From contig NC_043007.1 in assembly GCF_006345805.1 (NCBI RefSeq), positions 72,478,001 to 72,542,000 on the forward strand: a stretch of 64,000 bases of DNA, written 5' to 3'. Position numbers and translations under genes: made by a program. The stretch is from Octopus sinensis (Eukaryota). Under the pieces are notes generated by a model that saw only the letters and a list, made by a program, of their open reading frames with translations, was not told the origin of the DNA and did no database searches. This document shows, one piece after another, positions 51,623 to 64,000 of this stretch (position 1 is its first letter; the number at the start of each line of letters is the position of its first letter).

Positions 51623-52379
51623 CATACACACATTTATATGTGTATGTATATATGTATACATATGTGTATGTGCATCTATATACAGGCATCCCCCCACATG
51701 ACTACCTCATGTTACAGGATTTCATACTTTTGGGAATTATAAAGTGTGACCTCTAATTGTGGGATATGGTATGTAATTTTGCTCTTATGGAAATACGGCC
51801 AAATTTTAGGAATTTAAAAACTACAATTTCTTATTAGTCAAAAGTTTGCTTCTTGGTGTTTTAGCTAACATCAAAATAGTTAACAGTTTGAAAAACTATA
51901 ATCACCATACATATATACATACATAGGCGCAGGTGTGGCTGTGTGGTAAGAAGCTTGCTTCCCTGCACATGCGTTGGTCACTGTTTTCTTTGCACTGCTT
52001 GGAGTTACATCACTGTACACCAACGTCAGGAATTATTGAACAAGCAAAGCACAACTACAAGATAAGGCATTTATTTTTTTTGGATTCAGTGGGGGTTTGT
52101 TTTTGTCGAACAAGAAATCTCCACTGAGTTCCTGGCAGATTGTCTGGCTGTAGTTGTGTTTAAAGTCTCACTTAGCGGTGAGAAGTGTGTTTTGGGGGCA
52201 TATACCTCCTACTATAATTGTGCTCATTTTTTACCATTTTTTGGTGAAATTGTTGTGTGACTGTTTTGTGCCCTTACCAAGAGGATTACTGAGTTAGCCA
52301 GGAGTACCAGGATGGCCAGAATAATTTACTGTGTTTTGGAACTGTTTCTTGTCTTCTTCCTTCCTTCCTGCATTTTTTT

Positions 52380-53290
52380 TTTTTTTTAACATAGCAAAAA
52401 AGACAAAAAGCCCTACATTGGAGTGGGAGATTGTCCTGCCCAAACAATGGATGAAAGACTTTGAAGAGAGGACAGTGGTGTTAAGGACTTACTCAAAGTC
52501 GCTCGACACCATCACCCTCTTTCAAAAGACTCAAATTGAAAAAAGAGTTGGCAGAATATTTGCCAACTATTAAATTCATCTGGGGAAGGGGGGGTCAAAT
52601 ATGCAGCGGTGTGGTTGCTATTTGACACCCCTGAGGAGGCTTGCAAATTTGCAAGCCAGCCCTTAGAGGGCAAAGATATTTTGCTTCTTTCCACATATGG
52701 TGGGAAGAAGTTGACAAGAGCTTGGGTCTGCAGGTTGCCACCCAGGATAGGACAAGAGTGGATAGGGGACACTATCTGCCGGGGTCTGGGTGGCAGCGGA
52801 TACAAGCTGCTTAATGTTAAAATTTTGCCGAGGGCTGATGGGTTGGGTCAAAAGCTGTTTTAACCCTGTGGACCCTATCAGCCAAGAATCTGGTTTTTCC
52901 AGATATTTTGAAAATGGCCGGTTGCAGATACCCAGTGATTATTGAGGGATATCCCCTCCCCAAGTGTCACCTGTGCCTGGAACTGAGTCACATCAAAAAG
53001 AACTGTCCCCAGGACCAGAGTAGGGTCCTGGAACAGTTGGTTGTGGAAGAGTCTTCCCCAGAAAAAAGTGGGTAAAAAAGGTGAGCAACAATGGTTGCTC
53101 CCCAAAGGACCCTAAAGTAGTGGGAGGGAGTGATGATCCTCTGGTTAAAGCGAAGGAATCACCCCCTCCTGTATCAAAAACAAGGAAAAATAATAAAAAG
53201 AATAGGGCAGTGCCGGCGGTTTGCAGTACACTGCCAGCATGTCCTGAAACCTCGTCGGTGGGAATTGTGCTTTACCTCATGTTTTAGCTT
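52380..53290 (+). pseudogene. L1/Tx1-like ORF1 (RRM-type) fragment
   Basis: FEERTVVLRTY..KFIWGRG..AVWLLFDTPEEACKFASQPLEGKDILLLSTYGGKKLTRAWVCRLPP; frameshifted, with a low-complexity tail. Confidence 0.5.
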
Positions 53291-53522
53291 TCGAACAATA
53301 CTGCCCTGCTGGCTAGGTGAGCGGGCCAACATTCCCTCTGATTGGAAGTCTAATCTGTCAAAGGGTTGCCCATCTACAGCTGATTGGACTAGAGCAGCAT
53401 GAAAGTAGGTGTTTCACTCAAGAACACAAAATGCAGTGGTTCTGAGAACTGAAACTATGATCTCACGATCAAAAATGCAACATGCTTAACCATTAAGCCA
53501 TGCACATTCCTATACATATATA

Positions 53523-53752
53523 CAGGGTGTTCAAAAAGTTTCTTTGCAGTAAGTATTTTATTGCAAAATAAATATTTATAAGATGGCATAAGACTACAAA
53601 AACATATATTAGACTTTACAAGACTTCAAAAAACTTTATAAGAGGTGTTGAAAGTGTTGTCTTTCAGTTTCAGTACATAAGTTGACTCTTCTACAAGTTT
53701 TGAAATACATTTTGGAGAAAATTCACTGTGGAGAAACTTTTTGAACACCCTG
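53523..53752. mobile_element. Tc1/mariner MITE
   Basis: Perfect 21-bp TIRs CAGGGTGTTCAAAAAGTTTCT and TA target duplication. Confidence 0.9.
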
Positions 53753-53959
53753 TATATATCATCATCATCATTGTTGTTTAATGTCTGCTTTCCATGCACC
53801 ATGGTTTGGATTGTTTGACTGAGGGCTGGCAAGCCAGAAGGCTGCACCAGGCTCCAATCTGATCTCGCTAACTTTCTACAGCTGGATGCCCTTCCTAACA
53901 TCAACCATTATGAGAGTGTAGTGAGTACTTTTTACGTGTCACTGGCACAAGGTGGATCC

Positions 53960-54890
53960 CTACCCCTATCTGGAATACTTTACTATAATCATTGACAATC
54001 CTCACCTTGCTGACAGCATCCCTGTACATGGCTTGTACAGCTCTCATTAATCACTCATGTATCCCTAGTTTCTGCATTGATAAGGGATCAGGGGACCCTG
54101 TCAAAGGCTTTCTCCATGTCAACAAAAGCCAGGTACAGAGGTTTATCTTTGGCTTGGTATTTCTCTTGCTGCTGTCTTACCAGAAATATAGCATTAGTGG
54201 TGCTTTTTCCTGGCACAAACCCAAACTGCATCTCATCTAAACTCTCTTCCTAATTAGTTGGGCTATGACCCTCTCTGTGACTTTCATAACCTGATCCAAC
54301 AACTTGATATCTCTGTAATTATTCATATCTAATGCATCACTTTTACCTTTGTAGCAGTTGACTATGGTGCTGCTACACCAGTCATTGGGTATGACTCCTT
54401 CATGTATCACCTGATTGACTATATGGGTGACTAGACTATAGCTGACATTGCCCGATATTTTAAGCATCTCTGCGGTGATTCCTGATGGGCCGGGGGCTTT
54501 CCATATCTTGATACCCTTAATTGCTTTATCTACCAAGGTACTGTCAATTCGGATAGCTGGCCCCTCTGTTGGGTCGACATTCCGTGGACTCTCTTTCTCC
54601 CATTCATTCTTTTCATTTAGCAACCTTTCGTAATAGCATCTCCAAGTCTCTCTCTTTGCAGCCTCATTAGATGCAAGTGAGTCATCATCCATGTGGACAC
54701 ATTTCTCTCTTATGACATCATGATTCACTCTCTGTCTTGCAATATGAAATGCTTTAAGTCTTCGGTGCTCACAATGCAGAACATTGGCAAATTGTTTTCT
54801 TATCTGCTTCCTCTCTGACTGAGTAAACCTGTCTCCTAGCTTTCCTTCTGGCAGTCTGATACAGTTTCCTGCTACCACTGTTCTTCTAGT
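53960..54890 (-). pseudogene. RTE LINE fragment (pre-RT linker and RT start)
   Basis: ORF 54237-54878 reads WRCYYERLLNE..KAPGPSGITAEMLKISG..IPNDWCSSTIVNCYKGKSDALDMNNYRDIKLLDQVMKVTERVI. Confidence 0.88.
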
Positions 54891-54927
54891 CCTTCCATGC
54901 CTATGTATGCATGTATTTATTTATTCA

Positions 54928-54968
<41 letters not shown>

Positions 54969-55970
54969 AGATATATGAACCTTCACAACCACTTTCTATC
55001 ATCACCACCATTATTGGCCCATCAACTTCTCAATGACTGACAACAGTAACAATTGTATGCAGAAATTAATAGATGGAAAAAAAACAATCACATGCAATAT
55101 TGTGCTACTTTATTATATTTTAAACATTGAATGCAATTTTGTTGGTCTTAGTTCAGTGAGGATTGATTTGAGAATAAACAGCAACAACAATGACATAAGC
55201 TAGAACATTATGACCACCACTACCAAAAACAATACACCTACTGTCATCAACACCAAAATCAATACAACCAACTCCACACCTGCCAATCCATCAACTTTAT
55301 GAGTAACCTGTGCAGCAACAATAATAGTATAAACATTATAGCTATGTCTGTAGCTACATATGTTGTATGTCAACACAATTGTGTGTGCTTCAGTAGAATG
55401 TGGGGCCTTATTTGCTCAAGTCAGATGTACAAGGAGTAAAGTGCCCATGGAAATGAATGACACTGCCTTTATAACAGTGACACTTGTTACAAAGGAACAA
55501 ACCTACATTCACACACATACTTATAGATATATGCATATGTATATACAGATATATAACAAACCTTTTTCAGTTTTCATCTATCAAATCCACTCACAAGGCA
55601 TTGTGTCTGGAGCAAGAGTGGGTGTGTGGCTGAGAAGCTTACTTCCCAACTATGTGGTCTTGGGTTCAGTCTCACTGCATGGCACTTAGGGCAGTTGTCC
55701 TCTACTCCAGACCAAGGTTGACCAAAGCCTTGTGAGTGGATTTGGTAGACATAAATTGAAAGAAGCTTATCATGTGCAGGTGTGCAGGTGTGCACACACA
55801 CACACATATTTAAAGATCATTGTATTGTTCTAAAACTGTTGTCTAATGTTCATTAATCAAAATTCAGAGTAACAATTTATGAAGTTTTCCAACTTTAATT
55901 AGATATATATATATCATCATCATCATCATCATCATTTAGCGTCCGTTTTCCATGCTAGCATGGGTTGGAC

Positions 55971-55974
<4 letters not shown>

Positions 55975-56036
<62 letters not shown>

Positions 56037-56100
56037 TGTGTGTGTGTTGTGTGTGTGTGTGTGTGTGTGTGTGCGTGCGTGTGTGTGTGTGTGTGTATGT
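55975..56100. repeat. Long (GT)n microsatellite within a SINE C tail
   Basis: Direct reading of the sequence. Confidence 0.95.
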
Positions 56101-58689
56101 ATCATCATCAATTAGCATTCAGGTTCCATGATGCTGGCATATGTTGGATGGTTTGACATGACCCAGTAGGTCCAAGGACTGTATTGTGCTCCAGTGCCTG
56201 CTTTGGCATGGTTTCTTCAGCTCTATGCCTTTCCTAACACCAACCACTTTATACTGTTTACTAGGTGCTTTTTTTTTTCATGTCATCACCACTGTTCAGG
56301 CCACCATGCTGCTTGCAGGGCTACAAACCCAGAGGTGGTGGTGAGGGTCAGCTTTATACATGGGAACAGGTGGTTAAAAGATGGATGAAGAAGGTTCTTG
56401 CAAGGATACTCACATTTCGTAGGAGAGGGGAAGAAAGAGAAAAGAGAAATGATTAGTAGGAACAGCACTAAGTTACACATCTCCATGAAGTAAAGGTGCT
56501 TCCTGTGTCATATAGACTCATAGGACCAGTTTCCATGATGTATATATTCCCCACCTGGACAGGACACCGGTCCATCACAGGATTACTAATTTTGCCAGCT
56601 GAGTGGACTGGGACAATGTGAAATGAAGTGCTTTGCTCAAGAACACATGTTATCCGGTCCAGGAATCAAAGCCACAATCTGGTCATTGGTCCAACACCCT
56701 AACCACTAAGTCACATACCTCCACTTACCTTTCCTGGGTTTACCTTAAGTCCTCTTAATTTTTGGTTTAGCTTCTAAGCCAGGAACCCCCCCCCCCCAAC
56801 ATACATGTATGCATGTCTGCGGTTTGCTACATTGAAGAAGTTTCTTTGAAGGTTGTTATTTCCAATTTTTATCTCAAAAAGTTGATTCTCTTATGTGAAT
56901 TATAAAGCCATTCCTTTTGATTTTGTTGAGAAATATGCAAATTTTATTTTACATTGAATTCTTTTGAATCTATTCTTTATTTTCTCATTTTGAATTTGTT
57001 GCTGTTGTTCAGTGCCTCATTAAGTATGCTAAAACAGCCTTATTATAAAATGTTCCTAGTTGTGATCCTCTTTTTATTCAGTGTGAATTTGTCCAGTTGT
57101 CCTCCATAGTTTTAGACAGTAAGATCTGATTTTAAGTAGATTTGGCTGTGGTCTTTAGCATTTTGAGTGACCATGTAGAGGCTTCTGGTACAATTTCATT
57201 GCTGCTTATCCTTTTGTTTACTTTCCAAAATTAGTAAAATATTTTTTACTTTATAATTTCAGAATCTCTTATTTTTCATATCTTTCTAAATCTCTTTAAC
57301 TCATTAACTTTTTAGTTCTTAATTATTATTTATTAAATTCTTTTACCACAAATTTTTCTGAAGAAAAAAAAACAGAACAAAAAGATAATTTAATCATGAG
57401 TGTGCATATTAAAAAAATACATAATGTTAATCATTCCAAGTTTTCTCTCGTTAAATATTTAACGAACTTCCATTAGTTCTTGCATAGTTTTTCTATTAAT
57501 CTATGCAATATTCTAAAAATATTGATCAATTTGACATTAGGCAAGATATCTCTCTAGTATTTAACTCTAATTTAAAAGTTTGTTTATTTTTTATTCTCTG
57601 AAATTTCAGTGAGTTAGTTTTGTGTTTTTTTTTAAAAGCTGCTTATTTAATGAACTTTGAATTTTTTTTTTGTTTACATAACTTCATAACTTTCAACAAA
57701 ATGTTGAGCTTAGGTTTGTGTGCCAGATATTAAAATTTGATGTGGTCTGTGGGTATAAAAATAGTTCTGTTGAAATAACTTTATCTTATTTAGTAGCAGG
57801 AAACATTGTTGTCAAAGAAGATATTACTCTAGTGATAGATACCTGTCTATGATCATTTTAACATGGAATAATCTGTTGTACAACCACCTCTCCAATAATA
57901 CCCAGAGTTCAGATCAAATGACAGTGCAGAGCAAAGGTTATTGACAAACACTAGTTTCAATTGTGATGCAGATGTTTTTTCAGTTGTACAAAGTAATTTG
58001 AGCTCAGTAAGTTGTTCCCACCCTGTGGCATCTATTTGCAGCTAAGTAGACCTTGTTGTTTGTGAATTAAGCATGTAGGCTACACATGCACTACACTGCT
58101 GATGTCTGAACTGCCAGACTCTTGGTTGACTGTCTTTTATCTTTTATTTGTTTCAGTCATCAGACTGTGGCCATGCTGGGGCACTGCCTTGAATTTTAGT
58201 TAAACAAGTCGACCCCAGTACTTAATTTTTTAAGCCTGCTACTTATTCTATTGATCCCTTTTGCTGAACTTCTAAGTTACTGAGATATAAACACACCAGC
58301 ACCAGTTGTCTAGCAGTGGTGGGGGACAAGTTAATGTCCACTGTTCAATGATGGTAATAAAATTTGTGCTAGGAAGGGCATCCAGCTGCAATACCGTGCC
58401 AAAGCAGACATTACAACATAATGCAATCTTTCAGACTTTTTTGATCCTGTCAAAACTGTCTAACTTATGCCAGCATGAAAGATGGGTGTTAGGAGGAGGA
58501 GATGATGATGGTGATGATATTGAACATGCTTTATGTATGGACTACGAAACTCAAAAACAATCTTAGCAAATACACTTAGATCTGAAGTGACTACATTCCA
58601 TATCAGTTATGCAACCATCACTAATTTAGCACTTAACTATTGTTGGGACATTAATCTTGCCCCTTGCTACAAAAGGTACACAAAGTTGA

Positions 58690-59085
58690 GGTGCAGGAGT
58701 GGCTGTGGTAAGTAGCTTGTTTACCAACCACATGGTTCCGGGTTCAGTCCCTTGGGCAAGTGTCTTCTACTATAGCCTCGGGCAGACCAAAGCCTTGTGA
58801 GTGGATTTGGTAGACGGAAACTGAAAGAAGCCCGTCGTATATATATATATATATATGTGTGCGTGTATGTTTGTGTGTCTGTGTTTGTCCCCCTAGCATT
58901 GCTTGACAACCGATGCTGGTGTGTTTATGTCCCCGTCACTTAGCGGTTCGACAAAAGAGACCGATAGAATAAGTACTGGGCTTACAAAGAATAAGTCCTG
59001 GGGTCGAGTTGCTCAATTAAAGGCGGTGCTCCAGCATGGCCGCAGTCAAATTACTGAAACAAATAAAAGAGTAAAGAGTAAAGTT
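58690..59085 (+). mobile_element. Young SINE family A copy
   Basis: Retains many CpGs; complete head and (aaaagagt)n tail. Confidence 0.85.
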
Positions 59086-59998
59086 ATTTTGTCCCCTGTC
59101 CATCCTCTGATTACCTTTGTTGCAAAGTAAGTCTGGTCTGTTCACTGAACACTTGCAAGTAACATCTAAATTGAGCATGTTGGTTTTTGCTTTCATAGTA
59201 TCACATTACGTAATAAGTTATGATAACTGATTGTGTGGAAAACTATGTGGCACTCATGCATGTTGCTCCTATTTAATGTCTCATCTAACACAAAGTGAAT
59301 TTAACCTACTTTTCTGCTCAACATTTAGTCTAAATATCGGATATTCAGTCAAGTTATTACATAACAAGCAACGTCCTTTCTTTGCCCCTATCAGGTTTTC
59401 TATACTGTGTTGTTGATTTACATTTAGGCATTTAAATATTGATATGGTTTGTATCACAGTTTTCACATTCACTGTCACTGTGTGCCATATTTGATTATGT
59501 TGATCTTACAATGGCCCTTCCTTGTGTGAAGCTTGTTGAGGAACTTCTAGTTCTTGAAGAGATATTTGTTGGAAGACAACTGCTGTTTCTTAGTGTTGGC
59601 TTTGGTTGTTTGTCTTAAAAACAGTTAACATTGCATCTCTTTTTTTGCATGTTGGTAATTGCTGTTACTGTGAAGAGTACATCAATGCAATAAATTGTGT
59701 TCAAAGAACCTCTTTCTGAAATTGAGACGTCAGTGTGGAAGTCGAGACCTCTGGCACTGTCAGCCCCCAGACCACATCCAGCTCACCACTATTGGGGCAT
59801 AAATGGCTATCTACAAGTGCAAGCCCTGTGAGTCAGAATGGTTGTTCCAGTGCATCTCCCTCACCATCCTCTGGGACAGTGCTTTTCCATGTTGTCCATG
59901 AGGCAGACTAACAAGCCTTTTTAGATATTACTTGTTACTTATCACTTTATTTAACCAATCACAATTTACTAAATAAGTTATACTATATTTAGAAGGTT

Positions 59999-60215
59999 AA
60001 GGCGGCGAGCTTGCAGAAACGTTAGCACGCCGGGCGAAATGCGTAGCCGTATTTCGTCTGCCGTTATGTTCTGGGTTCAAATTCCACCAAGGTCGACTTT
60101 GCCTTTCATCCTTTCGGGGTCGATAAATTAAGTACCGGTTACGCACTGGGGTCGATGTAATCAACTTAATCCGTTTGTCTGTCCTTGTTTGTCCCTTGTG
60201 GGTAGTAAAGAAATA
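59999..60215 (+). mobile_element. Young SINE family B copy with 15-bp TSD
   Basis: tatatttagaaggtt at 59984-59998 and 60216-60230; CpGs are intact. Confidence 0.88.
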
Positions 60216-61074
60216 TATATTTAGAAGGTTCTAACAAAGGCACAAGGCTAACAGTTTGGAGGAAGGGAAATGTGGGATGGTAATATAAAAGATGTTGAGT
60301 ATAAGAGAGAGTGATTTTAGACTGGTGTAACATTAGTATAGTAAAGTGTTACTAATCTATATGTTCATGGTTGATTGAAAATGTAGTTTGAGAGGCTGTG
60401 TTAGAGCATTATTAATGTTGACTTAACTAACATAAATTGTTTATGGAACAAATATTATGATACTTTAATACTGTTCTGATGACTTTCCAGCACTGACATA
60501 TCAAAGTTGAAGTCTAGCATGACAATGCTTGGCTTTTTTACTTCTGACAGTTATCTTAAAATACCAACCAGACACTTATAAAACTATTTGAAACTAGCTG
60601 CATGGGAAAATATCAACTGGAAATAATTGTGTTGCTGATATTAGATTGAAGGACATTTATGTTTTCAAATTTCAAATGGTATCTGATCTGTCAGCAGCAA
60701 ACTGAAGGGTTACGTTTCTTATACAGTTAGATACAGTTATTGATTAATTTCTCTGCTATCTTGTTTAATAAGCTTTGTTTGTGTTTAACAATAGCAACAA
60801 AATGCTGGTAACCTGTGTCATTTTCAGTTTTAGTGTTGTGTGTAAAGAAGGGCTTGTGAGGAATTTATCTGAGAAGGATATGGTAGTGGGTTGGGAATCA
60901 GAAATGACAGACAGATGGCAGAAGGCAGTTAGAGCACTAAGCAATAGTCCTAGATATTGAAGAATTACAGTAAAAGAGAACTTACCAGTGTCACTTCCCA
61001 AACTCTAAAACTAAACACTTTACTTTATCTAATCATTTCTCTTTAGAACTGAAGTCAGCTGTGTGCATAGTCAC

Positions 61075-61975
61075 AAATGTGACTGTGTGGTAAGAGAAAC
61101 TTGCTATCTAACCACATAGTTCCAGGCCCAGTCCTACTGCATGGCACTTAGGGCAAGTGCCTTCTACTATAACCTTGGGTCAACCAAAGCCTCTGAGTGG
61201 ATTTGGTGGACAGAAAGTGAAAGAGGCCCATTATGTGTGTGTGTGTTTTTATCCCCCACCACCACTTGACAACTGGTGTTGATGTATTTATGTCCCCATA
61301 ACTTAGCAGTTCAGCAAAAGAGATCAACAGAATAAGTACTAGGTTTAAAAAAAAAGAGTACTGGGGTTAATTCATTTGACTGAAAAATTCTCCAAGGCAG
61401 TGCCCCAGCTTGGCCATAGTCTAATGACTGAAACAAGTAAAAGATGAGATACTCACATTTTACAGGCATCAACCTGCTTAAGTTCAAACTGAACATCAGT
61501 CATTTTGTTTCTGTTAATGGATTTCTATCAATTTTTCTGTGGAAGCATGATGCAGGTTATTTGAATGTTGGAATATTTACATATTAAAGTGAGACTCTCT
61601 TTCTAAACATGTATAAAATGTATGTTTACAAGATTTGAGCTGACATTGCATTCATAAAATAGAACCTTCTGCTATAGCCTTGGGTCGACCAAAGCCTTGT
61701 GAATAGATTTGGTAGATGGAAACTGAAAGAAGCCCATCATTTTTACACACGCACATGTGTCTTTTTGTCTATGTTTATCCCCCTCTTCCACTTGACATCC
61801 AGTGCTGATTTGTTTACATCCCCTTAACTTAGTGGTTCACCAACAGAGACCAATAGAATAAGTACCAGGCTTAAAGAAAAAAGTATTGGACAATTCATTC
61901 TATTAAAATTTCTCCTAGGCAGTGTCCCAGCATGGCCATAATCTAATGCCTGATAAAGTAAACAGAAAAGAAAAG
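61075..61975 (+). mobile_element. Two older SINE A copies (about 61075-61445 and 61670-61975)
   Basis: Family motifs present, with CpG decay. Confidence 0.7.
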
Positions 61976-64000
61976 AAAAAAAAACTTACTGCAGTGAAGC
62001 TGAAACTCCAGGAAGCCAAATTAGAACTTTTAAGTGTTGTTGCTTCATTAATAGTTGTGTATATGACAATTGTCTGTGAATAAAGTTCCACCAAAGAAAT
62101 AATAGTTCAAAAACCAGTATCATACTAATCTATTGTCAGTGAGCACAGGGTGGGGGGCAGTAAAAATGGTATTTCTATAATACTTGTCAGACAGTAATAT
62201 ATTGGCATCATCTCAAAGGTGATGAGTTGGGAGAATCGTTAGTGTACCAGGTAAAATACTTAGCAGCATTTTGTCCATCTTTATGTTCCAAGTTCAAATT
62301 CTGCCGAGGTTGACTTTGCCTTTCATCCTTTCAGGGTCAGTAAAATAAGTACCAGCTGAGCACTGGGGTCAGTGTAATTAACTTATCCCCCTTTCTTGAA
62401 ATTGTTAGTATTTTACCAAAATTTGAAGCCAATATGTTGGTATCACAAAAAAGAAAATGATGTAAACTAGGATAAATTATGTTCAGAGATTTTGTCAATG
62501 TGACTGTTTGGTGCTTAGTCCACCAGAAAATAATGTTCATGAATGTGACCAATGTCAGATGGTTCGAAATATATAATCTGTGTCTTTTTATCAGTTCAAA
62601 ATATCAGTTTACATACTAAACCTGCAGAGAGTGTAGGATGTTTAGAATGAAATGTGTTGGTAAATGACTTGCTCTTTTGTAATGTGACTGGCTGCAAATT
62701 TGGTCTACAGAGAAGTTTTACAGCATGGTAAACACTTTGAAACAGATTGTGTGGTACATGTTGGAGAAAGATAGCATCATAGCAATGTATTTTATAGTAA
62801 GGCTGTCAACAAAGGCAGACGGTCAAGAGATGAGAAAAGTCAGTTTACACTTTCATATATAGTAATATAATTAGCCTATACTTGGAATAGACCATTGCTA
62901 TGTTAGTTCATTTCGGGTGAATAACCACTAGTCTTGTAATAAATAAGTCATTTGCTAGTTTAGTCTGGAATGTGGCAATTTCTAAAGAAATACATGATAA
63001 TGAAAATTTGTTGTTCCGACAAAATAAGGCATTAGAATTAAATTTATGTCCAAATATGTGTAGAAGTAGGAATTAATGCCTCTGGCAGCAACAACCAGGT
63101 AGACTGTATAGTTTTGCATTTGTCAGGTGGAGGATGTTATTATCCAGACAACATGGATTTGCAGTAATTAAAAAAAAAGAACAAAGTTAAAAATAACCTC
63201 TTGAGTGTGAGCTCGAGAGAAGGAAAAGATAAGTATTTTCAGAAAGTAACTTGCAGTTCTGGCAGCTGCACTGCTATGGACATGTTATACTAATGAATAA
63301 CTATGTATTGCTAGTAGGTATTAGTAAAAGGTACAGGAGACAATTGTTGGCAAATGTAGATACAAACATTAGTTAGGTTAGTAACAAATCATATGGTAAT
63401 GAATAAATCCAGTGAACAATTGGCTCTATAAAAATGTAATAATTATAAATCAGTGGAATAATAACTAGCTTTCAAATGTTGTATCTAATATACTCTACTT
63501 GTTTAAGCCTGGTACTTATTCTATCAGTCACTTTGCCTGAACTGGTATGATGTTAAGCAGTGGTAGAGAGTGGGGACATATACATATATGATGGGCTTCC
63601 TCACAGTTTCTGTCTACCAAATTCACTCACAAGGCATTGGCTAGCTAGGGTGCTCAAGATTTCATGCATTGGGGACCAAACCCAAAACAACATTGCAAGC
63701 TTCTTAACCAGACAGTCATGCTTAGAAATATTTTTTAGTGTTCCTTTGAAGAACAAAATGAATTCCTGGCCATAGCTATTCCATTAAGTACATGGGAAAT
63801 ACTGTCAACATTATATCATTTAAGATTTAAATCACTTATTGATTTCTTTATTACATTTTCTATTTGTTTCAGATCATTAGCTAATTAATTAAAGAAAATT
63901 TAAGTGAAGATTAAAATGAAAATTTCTTAATTGGTTTACTAATTCATATCAATAATTACTTTCTAGATAATATCAGATCAAATATTTCTTTGATTATGCA

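Noticed and set aside
50488-51701. Repeated identical ORFs with a poly-His stretch, read as a tandem gene family or CRISPR-like array
   Set aside because: They are the (CAT)n SINE tail inside a tandem triplication; there are no spacers and no coding signature.
60775-60960. 61-aa ORF with a tttcag acceptor-like site as a possible MAP4K exon 2
   Set aside because: No frame encodes the kinase subdomain II motif (AxKxIK).

Overview
AT-rich, repeat-dense animal genomic DNA; the SINE families and the RTE/Penelope load suggest a coleoid cephalopod such as Octopus (recognised from memory, not from a database search). No prokaryotic features, CRISPR arrays, rRNA or true tRNA genes were seen. The only secure gene is the first coding exon of a GCK-I kinase of the MAP4K3/MAP4K5/happyhour type (22983-23081, +), followed by an intron that apparently runs past the window end (more than 40 kb). 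Just upstream is a CpG-retaining region (about 20.5-25 kb) with outward-facing ETS sites. A probable head-to-head gene lies on the minus strand, and its first coding exon (MKNNTTGADFTPLHISTFSGR) resembles the start of an ankyrin repeat. The rest is decayed mobile DNA: several SINE families, RTE, Tx1-like and restriction-like-endonuclease (RLE) LINE fragments, Penelope-like elements (PLEs) with hammerhead-ribozyme-like motifs, a Chapaev3-like remnant, mariner/Tc1/Tigger/piggyBac-type MITEs, an unclassified DDE transposon, long inverted repeats and (TA)n-bounded tandem duplications. Most ORFs in the supplied track are microsatellite or antisense-TE artefacts. The most interesting items are a tandem, inverted PLE-end array with four minimal hammerhead-like cores (15.4-16.5 kb), the candidate divergent gene, and two long hairpin-forming inverted repeats.
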